This document shows positions 26,101-41,656 of a stretch of 64,000 bases of DNA, in pieces. The notes beneath the pieces are model-generated. The model saw nothing but the letters and a program-made list of their open reading frames with translations. It did no database searches and had not been told where the DNA came from. Both the position numbers and the translations under genes were made by a program. The stretch lies in contig NC_043013.1 in the NCBI RefSeq assembly GCF_006345805.1, positions 25,606,001-25,670,000 on the forward strand, read 5' to 3'. This stretch comes from Octopus sinensis (lineage: Eukaryota). How positions within the stretch are numbered: the first letter of the stretch is position 1; each line of letters starts with the position of its first letter.

Positions 26101-29100
26101 AGATTGTCCGTTACTTCAATTATATTCATAGTTTTGTTTTCATTTTCAGGTTGATTGAGAATATGCCTTGCTTTGAGGAAGGTGACTTGAAGAGCGGCCA
26201 AGAGGATGTTGTCAATGGTGGTGGAGGAGGAAGTAATAATAATAATGGAAGCGGTGGAGCAGGAGGGACTGAAGACAGTGATGTTGATCCTGTTGCGTCA
26301 GGTGTTGCAAGCATCAGTGATGTCAATGCAGACCTCTTGATCACTTATTTAGAAGAAATAACCAAAGTTATGACACAAGCACCGTTCTTGATAGTATGTT
26401 TTAATTGATATCTCTCTCTTTCTGCTTCTCTCTCTCTCTCCCCCTACCTGTCTCTCTTTCCCTCTGCTCCTCTCTCTTCTCTCTCACTCTTTCCTATTCT
26501 CTCATGTGCACACACACACCATCTTCATTTCCACTGCACCCTACATGTGCATGCAGATGCAGTTGGTGATCAATACAAGCAAGATAGATCCAAAGGCACT
26601 CAAGACATGAACAAAGAACTGCATTATTGATCTTCAATGATTGAATTCCGCTATGGTGAATGGTTTGTTCACTCTATTGCCTGCTGCACTCGGCTTCAAA
26701 CTGTCATACACCCTTTTAGATAACTTTTTGCTGCAAGTCTTTTAAGATCTTGGTAAGAATCGCATAAGCAGTGAGGATATGCTTCAGTTGATTTCTCTTA
26801 AACCTCAACTTGTAAACGGAAACTAGTCTCACCTGGTAAGTCTCAAGACAGACCAACCTAGTTCTGATTTTCATAAAAGAAGCTCACTCCTAATGCGTAG
26901 ATCATAAATTACAAAAATGCATGCATGCTACAATTTCCAATTTTCTCCTTTTCCTCTGAAATTTCAGCACAGACAGAAACCAATATCTCAAAGAGTGCTT
27001 TGACTTTTGTTTTTCTAGGCTCAGCCACGCCGATCCTTACCTGGCAAAGTGATATTCGAACTACGTCAACAGCCCCTTGATATTTATCCAAATCTTTTTG
27101 CCATTTGTTACTCTTGGTGAGTGATTTTTAAGTTTGTTTCATGTTGTTTTTAAGACAAATATCTAATGTCATCTTCATCATCATCAACATGTCCAGTGCT
27201 CACACCAGGCTCCATAGTCTGTTTTAGCTTGGTTTCTACAGCTGGATGCCCATCCTAACTCCAGCCAATCCACAGTGTACTGGGTGCTTTTTATGTGGTA
27301 CCAGCACCCAGATCAATGCTTTTTAACAGGTACCTTACGTAACCAGATTTTCCAACATACATGTTAATGTCTTATATAATGTAAACATCAAAACATTGTC
27401 ACCATCTCTTCAAATCTTGCTGCATTTCACATGGAATTTGTGGTCCTTTAAAGTTGTCTTTTATAGTACCAGCCACAAAATTGATTTTATAACTGGTACT
27501 GTATTGATTAGCATTTCTTGGCTCTGATGAGGGGCTCTTTGTACCCAAAATTTATAAAGCTTATTAAACTTCTTCCTTATCACACTGTTAGAAGTTCTTC
27601 GTTTACTATTTTATTTCTTTTTTTTAACCCTTTAACATTCAAATTATTTGATCAAGTTTAATGCTTATTTATTCATATTGTTTCAAATTAATCATGCTTT
27701 TTCTCATAGCTTTGAAATTTCAGTGTGATTATTTTTAGAATGATATTGTAGAGTAGGTGTGAGAGACCAAACCTATCCTGTTGAACGTAAAACAAGTAGA
27801 ATATTTGGGATGGATTTGGCTAGTTTAACTGCTAAAGGTTTAAATTGATTTCAGTTAATTAAAATTTTGAGGGTTTCTCCTTTTTTTCTTCTCCAGAATT
27901 GATCATTAAGCTTATAATGATTCTTTCTTGTTACTGTGTCTACAAAGCTAATTCATTAAAATTTCATTGCTTACAACATTAAGTATGTTTGCACTGACCT
28001 TACCATTAGGTATACAGTGTCTGCATACAAAGTTGGGAGGATCACCTATTTTTTCTATCAGAGCTCATCTTGATCAGACTTGATCTTATCATCCCCCTCT
28101 CTCCCCGTCCCTCACCACCATTGTTGACAATAAGTTGCTAGAAATGGTATTGCATTTGAATGAATACATCATCATCATCATTTAATGTTGGTTGTCCATG
28201 CTGTCATGGGTTGGGCAGTTTGACCAGGGTTGGCAAGCGGGAAGGCTGCACCAGGCTCCACTCTGTTTTGGCATGGTTTTCTATTGCTGGATGCCCTTCC
28301 TAATGCCAACTGCCATGACCTTAGTTTGACTCGCCTTGGTGGGTCTTCTCAAGCACAGCATAATGCCAAATGGTCTCAGTCCTTGTCTCCGTGTGGCCCA
28401 ACTCAAGCACCACAGTCATCATTTAATGTCCATATTTAATGCATGCCTGGGTTGGACAGTTTGACAGGATCCCATAGGTCCAAGGGACTGCATCCTGCTC
28501 CAATGTCTACTTTGCCAAGTTCTTCCTAACATCAACCACTTTACAGTGTGTATTGAGTGCATTTTCTGTGCCACCATCACCATGAAGCTGTCATTACAGC
28601 TCACAAGGTTATGGACCCTGGTGAGAGGTGGTGGTTAGCCTTATGCTACGAGAAAAAGGGTTGAGGTATGAGAGTGTGGAGGCAGAGTAGGTTCTTCCAT
28701 TGGGATTTGCATGGGGGAGGGGAATAAAGAGAACGAGAAATGATTAGTAGGAGCTGCAGAGATATAAAGTATTTATATTTAAGCTTCTCTCTATATTTGG
28801 AATTCTCCATCCATGTTCTACTGGCGTTCAAAATTCCCTGATCTTGAAATATTCAAGAGTCTTATTCTGGTAAGTTTGGCAGAAATGACCGAGAAAATGA
28901 AAAAAAGAATATTGATTTCAAATTTTGGCACAAGGCCAGCAATTTTTGGGAGGGGCTAAGTCAATTACATTGATCCCAGTGTTCAACTGGTATTTATTTT
29001 ATCAATCCCTGAAAGGTGTTCTAACAATTCTGCCAGCTTACTACCTTCAGAAGAACACAATATTAAATGCATTTAGGGTCACCTCTCTGAACTTCACGTT

Positions 29101-31227
29101 CAAATCCTGCACAGAATCCTACTTACTGGGGATTGAATTAATCACTTGTATTTTCGTATTTGCATTTGAATGACAGTGCATCACTTGTTTACATCTTCTG
29201 TAAACAATCTGTTTTGTAACTTGGCCATTTCATGCATAGACCTATGAAATAAAAGTACCTTACTTGGAAAAACAAGTAAGGGCAGGCAATAAGGTGGGCA
29301 TAGACGACTGCCTCTGCAAGTGTTGTCAAACCATGCTTACATAGAAGCTGATGTCAAAATGATGATGATGATGATCTCAATCAAAATATTGTTTTGCTTT
29401 TATTAATTTTTGGTGTTATGTTTTCTTTCAGCCAACTGTTAGAATGTTTGTTTGTTCTGCTGTCATCTCCAGCTACCATAAACAACTTTGGCTTGTTTGT
29501 AGCGATTAGAGATTTTTTACAGCAACTTCTGGAGACCCAGAAAGGACTTCTCTTTCTTAGTGCCAAACCAGATGCAACAAATGGAATTCTCCGAGCTCTT
29601 GTTCAAATGGGTGTAAGTGTTTCTGCTTCCTTCTCTTGCTTCATTATTACCATTTTACTCTTGAAGTATTCCATTTCCCTACATTTTACAAATGTCGTAG
29701 ATTTCAAATGTAATCTGATTATTGTAATTATATCCAATTTTGTTTTATTACTACTTAATTATTTGTTAGCTTTTATTATTGCTGTTGAAAAATTATCAGT
29801 TTAAATATTTTAAAATTCAATTTCACTTTCATTTCATTTCAATTGAAGTCGCCAAATTAGAATAATTCCTGTTTCATGCCATTTAGTCTATCTTGAATTA
29901 ATATTCAAGTATATTTTTAATTATTCATTTCAGTGTACAGAACTGTAATATTTCGTTAAAAAAATAATTCCTTCAGTGTATTATTTCTCTTATGTTCTAA
30001 GCTGTTGTGCATGATGCAGTCTTGTTTGTATTTCAAAAAGTAACTCTTTGCTAGTGTCAATCGAGAGCTTTGAATAAGCAAAATTTCATGTAGTATAGAG
30101 ACAGTGAAACCAGTCAGTTTTATTCTAATTTTACAGCAAAATGTAAATACATACATTATAGACATGCTTTTGATGATGAAATATATATTTAACTTTGACC
30201 ACCTGATAATGGTTAAGGAACAAGCCAGGTGAAATATAGTGTAAGCCAGTGGTTCCCAACCTGTGGTCCACAGGCCCCTGGTGATCTGCAAAGGTAGTGC
30301 TGGGGGCCCATAATCATGTTAAGCTGACAGACCTTTCAATATCCTGGGCATCTCTGGGTAAACTCATTTGAATAAAAGAGGCCCTTGGTGGTGAAAAGGT
30401 TTGGAACCATTGGTGCAGATGTTCATGTTTATCAATAACAATTAGGTTAATTGCCTGTAAAGTTTTAATTGTTTTAACAGTAACTCATCTTAGCTATTTA
30501 AACTTCAGGATTATAACCGTGAAGAAAATAGTGAAGAAAACCCTGCCCAGCTGCTAGGGTTACAGCTGACCTATCATCTTCAGACATTGCAGTATGTTGA
30601 CCAACTGGCTGACTATCACAAGAAAAGTAAGTTTGTCTCTTCATTAAGCATGTAATTACATTTAAATTTTAATTTGATACAAAGAATTAGGTGCAGGTGT
30701 GGTTGTGTGGTAAGAAGTTTGCTTCCCAACTACTTGGTTCTGGGTTCAGACCCATTACGTGTTACCATGGGCAAGTGTTCTGCTATAGCCTCAGGCCAAC
30801 CAAAGCCTTATGAGTGGATTTGGTAGATGGAAACTGAAAGAAGCACATTGTATCATCATCATCATGTAATGTCTGTTTTCCATGCTGGCATGGATTGGAT
30901 AGTTTTACTAGGGATTGGCAAACCAGGAGGCTGCACCAAGCTCCAATCTGATCTGGCAATGTTTCTACACCTGGTTGCCCTTCCTAAAGCCAACCACTAT
31001 CAGAGTGTAGTGGGTGCTTTTTACATGCCACTGGCATGGGAAGCCAGTCAGGTGGCACTGGCATTGGCCATGTTCGAATGGTGCTTTTTACGTGCTACTG
31101 GCACAGGGGCCAGTCGGGGTGGTGGGGGCTGGCGTCGACCACGTTTGGATGGTGCTTTCTATGTGCCACCGGCACGGGGAGCCAGTCAGGTGGGACTGGC
31201 AACAACCCACGCATGAATGGTGCTTAT

Positions 31228-31268
<41 letters not shown>

Positions 31269-34200
31269 GTGTGTGTGTTTGTCCCACACCAACACCTGAT
31301 AACCAGTGTTGGTGTGTTTATGTCCCCCATAATTTAACAGTTCAGCAGAAGAGACCAACAGAATAAGTACCAGGCTTAAAAAGAATAAGTACTGGAGTTG
31401 TTTCATTTGACTCGAGGCTATGCCCCAGCATGGCCACAGTCAAAATGACTGAGACAAGTAAAAGATAAAAGATAGAATTGCGTAATTAATGTCATTAGCT
31501 TTGTTGTCATCACTGTTGTCTTTTCATCTTGTCCTCTATCTTCCTCTCCATTGGTTGATGAACTCTGTGAATATGCTGCTACATATTCTAGCATTTGAAA
31601 TAATTGCTACATTTAAGGTGAACCAGCATGTTCACCATCTTATACCACAATTTCTTAACCTGCAAAATCATTCAACAACATCTTAGCATGAAACCAGCAA
31701 TTGTTTAATTCAAAACTAACTACGGAATTCTGGTACCTTTCCACAACCCTCTTGGTATCAACCTGCCTGAAACTACCCCTGGTTCTACAATACAAACTCT
31801 CTGTTTTAAAATGGTCTTATTTAAAGTCATCATCTAGAATTTCATATTTTACATTTCAAACAGCTTAATAACAACAAAGTTATTTTCAAAAATTCTTAAT
31901 CATTTTCAAAATTAATTGTAATATGGTAACGAAAGAGTTAACGAGCTATTGACACTTTTCCTTCTTCCTTTATCATTATAGCTAAGTGAAGGATGCTGAC
32001 TGATACGATGTATCAGTGAAATGGTTTATTTATTATTATAAAGTTTCTCATAATGTACAAATAAAATATCTTCGCAGCATCAACAGAATTATGAATTCTT
32101 GTTTTTTTTTCTTCTTTAGCCTTTTTTACTTAATTTACCTTGATTTCATTTTTTGCTGTTCAGATTCTTCAGAAAAGGACATCGATGAAGCTGAACCCCT
32201 TGGCGTATTACACAGCATGTACTCTATGACAATTAACCCCCTGGGAAGAGAGGCTGTCGTCCATGTCCTTGGTTTGGATGAAAACCTTGGAGTTCTTCTA
32301 CCATTTGTAGAATCAGTGGGTAAGTACAGTTCTTTTATTTTTTTTGCAGTTATTTCACCATATTAGCATGGATAGGAATTTTTTTACCATAAATGCATGC
32401 TGACAAACTGAGTCTGTGATGATGATTGAATTTCTGGTTTAGTAATTTTCTTCTTGCTTCTTCCTGTCTGTGAATTTGCAACTTTTAACCCTTTCTGTAT
32501 TTACTTTTGAAATATTTTCAGTATAAATAAAAGGGTGATCTCCCAAATCTACCTTTTCCAATCTGCTCAGGGGTTAGAATTCAATGAACAACTAAAGTAG
32601 ACATTGCATTAACCCTTTCATTTACTGTATTTCTGTTGAGACGCTCTGTGTTTCTTTCAATTGATTTTAAATATAACAAAGAGTTATCATTCAGCTAATG
32701 TTAGGAACATAAATTGTGACTAAAGTTTGGTGGAAGATTTTAATTTCTGAACTTTTGAAAACAAGGTATTTGTACTCAGCCAATTTCAGCCGGGTTGGTA
32801 ATGAGAGGGTTAATCAATAATATTTTCCTTGACACTTTGTATAAAAAGAAATAATTGATGTATCTCAGTGGTCTTTGACAATTACATGTTTTCATTTTGT
32901 TTCTTTCCATTAAATGTGGATACGAAGAACATTGAAGTAATAAAAGACAGTGGGTTATAAGCTTCACCATCTTTTATCATTTGTTGTTGCTCAACATGAA
33001 AACCGACAAATTCTAATGAAATTTATATTAATATTTCTTATTTATAAAATGCACAACTTACTGAATTGGTGAGATGATGAATAGTCCACAATCTGGTTTT
33101 CCTTTTTGTTACTGTCTGATAATTCATGGCTGAGATATTCAAATGTCCTCATATATTAAGTAGTTGTATTGTAATGGGTGTACTGTTTGTTTGAAGTTTA
33201 AACTTTAATTCATCCTACACATGTAGCTTGAAAGGTTTCATTAGGTTGGCTTGATTAAAATATACTAAATGAAAACTATTCATGTGGTACCTGAGCAATC
33301 TAGTGGACTATTGGATTAACTCTGAGATCAATTTTTCATTATTTTCAAAATTAATTGAAACAAAGGCAGGGTATTTCAACAGAAATTATATTAAGAAAAG
33401 GATTAATTAATTTGCCTGTTTATTGACAACCAAAGAGGAATGTTTTTTTGTTTAAGGCAATAAATTTGCGAGAAATTTGATATGTTAAAATGTGTTGGAT
33501 ATAAGGGTTGACTATACTTTATATGGTATTGTCCAATGCTTGTATGCAAAGATTGATTGCGGTAGCATTAGCATAAGCGATATTTGAGAATTGGAAGATA
33601 TTTGAATGAAGTTTGAAACCACTTCAAGAGTATGGATAAAAATATTATCATTTATGGTAATTCTGTAGCCTTTTATAGCTATAATTTTTAGAAATTGCAG
33701 CATTAGCTTATAAATAATATTTAATGGGAATTTATGCAAATATAAATTTATGCAAATATAAATCCTAGACTTACATTTGAAATTAAAAATTGAATATTTA
33801 AAAATGTTTTTATTGAATTTAAAAGCCTGCTCATAGTTTGAACTGTTTCAAAGAAAATGTGAGAAAACATATTTTGAAAATGTTTATTTAAACAAGAATT
33901 TGATGAATACTATTTCTTTTCTATATCATTGCTACAGGTGATGAGGTGAAAGATGCCCGTGTGAAGAAGTCAGTGTGTGCTGGCTATGTTTCTGAGTTAT
34001 TGCTTCTAGTCATTCGCCAATCAGACAACATGGAAATGCTGCAACACTTTGCTCCACAACTGCTTACAATGAGTGAAGATGGCAAATACATTGTCACCCC
34101 CTCCGCATCAGATCGTAAGTGGTTGGCACATGATGGCTTTCATTCCCATATTTTTAAGAAGGAACAAACCTTTAATAAACTGGGATGCCTAATGTTTGTT

Positions 34201-37200
34201 AGACAGGTAATGTGTGTGTGTATATAAATGAGTAGTATAAGGTGTGAGTTCAGAGAGTTGAATGGTTGGTGTAACCATGATGTCCCAGTAATCTGATAAG
34301 CTAGCTTTTTTTATTCCCATTAATTTGTGAATTTCCAATTGCAATGTATAATGGTAAGCGTGCATGGTAATGTAAACATGTATGCATAATTTATTCCCTT
34401 CTGAAATTAATGAAATACACGAACATGGTTGTGAAACAAATAGATATAGATTCACCTCTCATACCTCCTGATTTTATGGATTGTGCCGGTGGCACGTAAA
34501 AAGCACCATCCAATCGTGGCTGTTGCCAGCCTTGCCTGGCCTCCGTGCCGGTGGCACGTAAAAAGCACCATCCGACCGTGGCCGTTTGCCAGACTTGTCT
34601 GGCACCTGTGCAGGTGGCACGTAAAAAGCACCCACTACACTCATGGAGTGGTTGGCGTTAGGAAGGGCATCCAGCCGTAGAAACATTGCCAGATCAGACT
34701 GGGCCTGGTGCAGCCTTCTGGCTTCCCAGACCCCAGTTGCACCGTCCAACCAATGCCAGCATGGAAAGCGGACGCTAAACGATGATGATATACATATACA
34801 GGGTGGCCCAAAAGTAGGTTTACAGTTATCACGTAGGCACTTTAAATTTTTTTTTAAACATTTTATTACATTTAAGTTTCTATCTTACAAACTGAAAAGG
34901 GAGCTTGACAAAATTAACTAAATTAGCATAGAATAATAGTTTCATAATTTTTATATAATTAAGATCTAAACTGTTATTATAATTATAATGAATGCGAAAG
35001 AGATAGTTAAATAACCGTAAACCCACTTTTGTGTCACCCTGTGTATATTTGTGTGTATTTTATTTTTTAGATCATTTCAAAATTAATTTCAGTCTAATTA
35101 TTATCTTGTATATTACTTTACCAAAATTGATTATACTTTGTGGTTTTTGTCCTCTGAGCTGTTGCATTCTTTTATTCAGAAATGGCTACAAAAATGCAAG
35201 AAATACAAGAATGGTTGTGCCCAATTAAAAAAATTACAGCCTTCTCTCATGAGGTTCTGCAGTCTTTAATCTTACAGTTGAAAATGTATGCTGATGACGT
35301 GTTGAAGTTACCACGAGGGTTAATTACAATCCTGAGAGTGCTCAACTTCTTGGCAGTTCCACCTAAAACTAAATATGCTGAAGGTAAGTTGTTTCCATCA
35401 ACTAAAAATCTATTGTATTGTTGTGTGTGATATGCTTTGCTCTTATGTACCTCTAGTTTGCTCTCTCATAGGAACTACCACAGCAACTAGCAACTGGCTC
35501 TCTGTTGGAACGATGAGGGTTCCAGTTAGTCTGATCAATTGAATGGCTTGCTCGTGAAATTATCTTGCAAGTGGCTGAGCACTCCAGACACTTGTACCCT
35601 TAATGTAGTTCTCAGGGAGATTTAATGTGACAAGGACGGTCCTTTGAAAGACAGGTACAACACATTTTTGCCAGCCGAGTGGACTGGAGCAGTGGGAAAT
35701 TGAGTGTCTTGTTCAAGGATACAATGCATTGCTGGGAATTGAACTCACGACCTTACGATTGTGAGCCAAAGAACCCTAACCATTAGGCCATACATCTTTA
35801 CGGAATGACCAGATCACTTCTTCACTTGAAGATCCATTTTCCATCAATGTTTGTTGTGTTTATTAGAATTCACTGGACACTATTAATTCCACCTACTCAT
35901 CTTCATCTGTCCGTGTAAATAAGCCTTCTAAATTTGAGTTAATAACAAAAATACCTTTACCTGGCTATGTGGTAAGAAGCTTGCTTCCCAACCACATGGT
36001 TCCAGATTCAGTCCCACTGTGTGGCACCTTGGGCAGGTGTCTCCCACTATGGCCTCAGGCTGACCATAGCCTTATGAGTGGATTTTATAAAGAGAAACTG
36101 AAAGAAGCCCATTGTGTGTGTGTGTCTTTTTGTTTCTGTGTTTGGCAGCTCAGCAAAAGAGATTGATAGAACAAGTACTAGACTTACAAAGAATAAGTCC
36201 TGTGGTTGATTTGCTCTACTAAAGGTGGTGCTCCAGCATGGCCACAGTCAAATGACTGAAACAAATTAAAAAAAAGAAAATGGTTACTAGAACCGCCAGT
36301 CATCAGGGTTGGTCATATGTCTGTCTTTTTTTGCTCAAATCTTGGCAAAGTTTTTATGTAAGGCCAACAGCTGTCAATGTATGCAAGCTTATCTTTTTTA
36401 CAACATTTGTGTTAAATAAGGGATAGGCTTTTCTTAAAGGCATCAGTGTCAGCACAGGTATTGCCATCAGAATGCCAAGAACAAGTAAAAATGTCCCAAG
36501 GCATCTTTATCTGGTGTTCTGACACTTCCACTAATCCATTATCCTGGATTGGGATTTTTTTCTTGATCCCCAGAAAGGATAAAGTGCAACATTGCCTTCA
36601 ATGGGATTTGAACTCTGAGTATCATGAATCGAGGTAAATGCCATGAATCAGCCTGTCCAGTGCTCGCCCGCTCACTTGTCCACTCACTCGTCCACTCACT
36701 CACTCACTCTCTCTCTCATGTATATATATATATATGCAAGTTTCTCATTGAAGATGGAAGGAAGGGTCTATAGGAGTTCTGTGAGAGCTGCAATACTGTA
36801 TGGGAGTGAGACATGGTATTTGAGGGAGAGATGGCAATTTTGATAAGAACTGAGAGCAATGGTGAGAGAAATGTGTGGCGTGAGGCTGTTTGATAAGAAG
36901 AGGACTGAGGACTTGATGGGGATGCTGAGGCTGGAGGAATCAGTGGAACAGTTCGCAAAGGTGATTGGAGTGCGGTGGTATGGGCATGTGTTGAGGAGGG
37001 ACGAGGAGCATGTTCTGAAGAGGGTGCTAGAATTTGAGGTAAATGGACAACGAAAGCAAGGTAGATGGAGGAAAATGTGGAGGGGACAGGTGGAGGAGGA
37101 GGAAATTGGGAGGGTTGGCTTGGCTTAATAAGCAAGGACATTCAAAACTGGGCAAGATGGTGAGATGGTATGAGAGCAGTTGCTATGGCATTGGGCTAGA

Positions 37201-38638
37201 TCCGGCCATCCCAATTTACAGAGACAAAACCCAGATTCAAAATGGTGGATGATGATGATGATACACCCACATATCCATTTATACACATGTACAGATAGCA
37301 CATGTGGCTCTATATATTTAGTAATTATATAAGAATATTTGGTTTTAGTTTTTGTTCTAATTCTTTTGGTATTCTCTCTCTCTCTCAGAACGGCCAGTAG
37401 AACTGAAGTACAGTTATATCATTATTGAACTTCTCAGTGCCGACTGCTTCCGTCTTTTTGTCGTCTTCTTACAGGTATGTTGTTCACTTTTAATGATTTC
37501 TTTCCTATAACATTTCAGTATTTCTTTTTGTCCCTCTTGTTTTCTGTGTTTCAATCCCTGTCCAATTCGACTACTGCTTTAATTTGCTTCTTTACCAAAA
37601 TCAGTTCCAGTAAAATTCTGATGTCGATTTGCTAGAGTCTGTGTATCCTTTTGGCTGTGTGGTAAGAAGTTTGCTTCCCAACTACGTGGTTCCAGGTTCA
37701 GTCATGCTGGAAGACACTTGGGCAAGTGTCTTTTTCTATAGCCTCAGGCTGACCAAAGCTTTGTAAGTGGATTTGGTCGACAGAAACTGAAAGAAGCCCA
37801 TCATATTTGTGAGTGTGTGCACGTATGACATAAGGAAATCTTACCTTATTGGACAAAGATGATGGTTAATTACAAGTGCATCCAGCTGTAGAAAAGTCGA
37901 CATTTCTGTCCGACTCAGGTGAGCATGGAAAAGATGCTGTACAGTGGGACTGAACCTGAAACCATGAGGTTGCAAATTGAGTTTCTTAACTACCCTGCTA
38001 TGCCTGCACCTATGCGGGAAAAAAAAGAAAGGAAAACCCACATAATGCAGAATGAGAGGAAAAGCAAACAAAATTATAAAATTAGTCCAACCCATGCCAG
38101 CATGGAAAACTGACATTAAATGGTGATAATGATGATGGTTAAAACTCTAATTTTTGGTTGTTTCTTTTCTTTTCTACAGAGACTTGCAGATCGGATGCAG
38201 CGGCCATGGCAACAAGGAATCCCACAAAGCAGCAGCCAGTTATCAATTGTTTTGTCTATTGTGAAACCCGCACTAAGCATTATCAATACAACATTATCAT
38301 TTCTGATCATGTCAAGGGGGTCAGAGGTAAGCAGTGAGCTGAATTCTTTCTCTTTCAATCTCAAATTCTTCACGGATGTTTAGGGTTCAACAACAATACA
38401 TACCTTTGGGAGAAGAAGAATATAGATTTTTATTCTTTTACTTGTTTCACTCATTTTCACTGTGGCCATGCTGCAGCACTACCTTTTAGTCAAAGAAAGT
38501 GACCCCAGGACTTATTCTTTGTAAGCCTGGTACTTATTCTACCAGTCTCTTTTTGCCAAATTGCTAAGTTACAGGGCCATAAACACACCAACATCAGTTG
38601 TCAAGTAATGGTGGGGGGGGGGGACAAACACAGATGTT

Positions 38639-38722
<84 letters not shown>

Positions 38723-41605
38723 ACACACAACGGGTGTCTTTCTGTTTCTGTCTACCAAATCCACTCACAAGGCTTTTTTGGCATGAGGCTATAGTAGAAG
38801 ACACTTGCCCCTGGTGCTATGCAGTGGGACTGAACCCAGAACCATGTGGTTGGGAAGGAAGCGTCTTATCACACACCCATGCCTCCACCTATATATATTT
38901 ACAAAATATTTGATAGTGACAAACAATTTTAATACCAAAAGGTAGTATTTTATCCCCACTTAAGGCCAAGGAAGGTCAAAACCAGTTGATCTGGTAGTCC
39001 CGGCAGCAGCAGTGGTGGTTGAGTATCTCCTGCTAGCAATATAAACAAGAGTGCTTATATGCACCTCAAATCCACATGAGAGGTTCTCTCGTGGTAACTA
39101 TCACAGTATTCTGTGTTCTAAAACAACATTCATTTTTAAGCGAGGAGAAATATTACCTTTTATCATCATCATCTTTGTCGTTTAACATCTGCTTTCCATG
39201 CTGGCATGGGTTGGATGATTTGACTGAAGGCTGCACCAGGCTCCAATCTGATCTGGCAGTGTTTCTACAGCCTGATGCCCTTCTTAATGTCAACCACTCC
39301 AAGAGTGTAGTGTGTGCTTTAATGTGCTACCAGCATGAGGGCCAGTCAGGCGGTACTGGCATTGACCATGCTCAAATGGTGCTTTTTACGTGTCACCTGC
39401 ACAGGAGCCAGTCAGGCGATGCTGGCAATGAACACACTTGAATGGTACTTTTAACATTCCACTAGCATGGGTGCTAGTCAGGCAGTACTGTCATTGGCCA
39501 TGACAACAATTTCACTTCACAAGGGAGATTATTGCCCAATGCTTGAAGAGTACTCTTAAATGGGCTGGTTATGCAACACTGGTATAGGTTGTGGTTATGG
39601 TTTCACTTGGCTTTCTGAGTCTTCTCAAGCACAGCATATCTCCAAAGGTCTCGGTCACTTGTCATTGCCTCGGAGAGGCCCAGTGTATTTACATTTTCTT
39701 GGTAGTCTCTCGTAGTCTGAGAATTACGGTCCTGTAGTTTCTTGCCGAACAATCTACACAGATGACTAGCGGCTTAAAGCAATTGGATGTCTTTTGCTGT
39801 GCATTAGCTCACTCCCTCTGTCAAATCAACATTGCCTACACAGGTGCATGGTGTGCCACATATCGTGTTGAAGTGATTGTAGTGTAATGTGAAATAGCGT
39901 TTTACTCAGGTGTACAATGCACTGCCTGGCCTAGGAATGGAAACCACAATCTCATGATATTTGCATTTATAGTATTTCTTATGTTAAATGGGAGTGAATG
40001 TCATTATCATCATTGTTTAACATCCGCTTTCCATGCTGGCATGGGTTGGATGGTTTGACTGAGGACTGGCAAGCCAGGAGGCTGTGCCAGGCTCCAATCT
40101 GTTTTGGCAAGGTTTCTATAGCTGGATGCTCTTCCTAATGCCAACCACTCTGAGAGTGTAGTGGGTGCTTTTTATGTGCTTCAAGCATGGGGGCCAGTCA
40201 GGTGGTACTGGCATCGACCACGCTTGAATGGTGCTTTTTACGTACCACCAGCACGGAAGCCAGTCAGGCAGTACTGGCATCGACCACTCTGAATGGTGCT
40301 TTTTACATGCCACCGGTTAAATAAAACTCATTTAGAGAAACGTTTCGAGTTGGCTAAAATACTCTTAGTTGTTTGATCATCTCTGAGGCTACATAAAAAA
40401 TGGTAATATTCACCACACTTAACAGATTAAAAGTAAATAAACCCACATTGGCATCGAATGATTGTGGAATTACCATAATTATTATTATCATCAACATGAT
40501 GGATTGGCTGAAGCATTAGAGCATCACACAGAAGATGCCTGTCGTATTTACCTACAACTCTTTATATTCTGAGTTTGACTTTACCTTTCATCCTTTCAGG
40601 GTCAATAAAAATAAGTACCAGTTGTGTACTGGGATTGATGTAATCAACTTATCCTTTACCCCTAAATTGCTGGCCTTATACCAAAATTTGAAGCCATTAT
40701 TATTATTATTATTATTAGTAGTAGTAGTAGTAGATCTGGCAAGCCAAGTGAGACCGTAACCGTGGCCTATGGTTGTACAGCATAACTGGCCCATTTTAGA
40801 GTACTCTTCAACCATTGGGCAATAAACTGCACTTGCGAAAACCTGTTGAGGCAAGTGAAGTCATTGTCATGGCTGCTGACAGTACCACCTGATTGTCACC
40901 CATGCCAGTGGCACATTAAAAGCACCATTCAAGTTGATGCCAGTACTGCCTGACTGGCCCTCGTACCGCACATGAAAAGCACCCACTACACTCTAGGAAT
41001 GGTTGGCATTAGGAAGGGCATCCAGCTGTAAAAATTTGCCAGATTGGACTGGAGCCTGGTGCAGCCTTCTGGTTTGCCAGCCCTCAGTCAAACCGTCCAA
41101 CCCATGCCAGTATGAAAAGCAGGCATTAAACAATGATGATGATTATTATTAGTAGTATTATTAAGAAGGCGGCAAACTGGCAGAAATGTTAGCACACCGG
41201 ACAAAATGCTTAGCGGTATTTCATCCATCTTCACATTCAGAGTTCAAATTCCACTGGGGTCAACTTTGCCTTCTCATCCTTTCAGGGTTGGTAAATTAAG
41301 TACCAGCGAAACACTGGGGTCGATATAATCGACTCACCCCCTACTCCCAAATTTCAGGCCTATAGTCGAAAGGATTATTATTGAAGGTGCTCTGATGGCA
41401 GAATTGTTAGCATGCCTGGCAAAATGCTTAGCGGTATTTCACCTGTCACTATGTTCTGAGTTCAAATTCTTCTGAGGTTGACTTTACCTTTCATCTTTTT
41501 GGGGTTGATAAATTAAGTACCAGTTGTGTATGGGGAGAGGGGGTTTCGATGTAATTGACTTATCCTCTCCCTCAAAGTTGCTGCCCTTGTGGTAAAATTT
41601 AAAAC

Positions 41606-41656
<51 letters not shown>

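Noticed and set aside
27521-27560. CTGATGAGGGG...CCCAAAA hammerhead-like remnant (similar weak hits at 40335-40387 minus and about 46794-46845)
   Set aside because: Core positions mutated (GAAA to AAAA, or CTGA broken) and helix I/III registers do not fit; could be chance or very old PLE relics.
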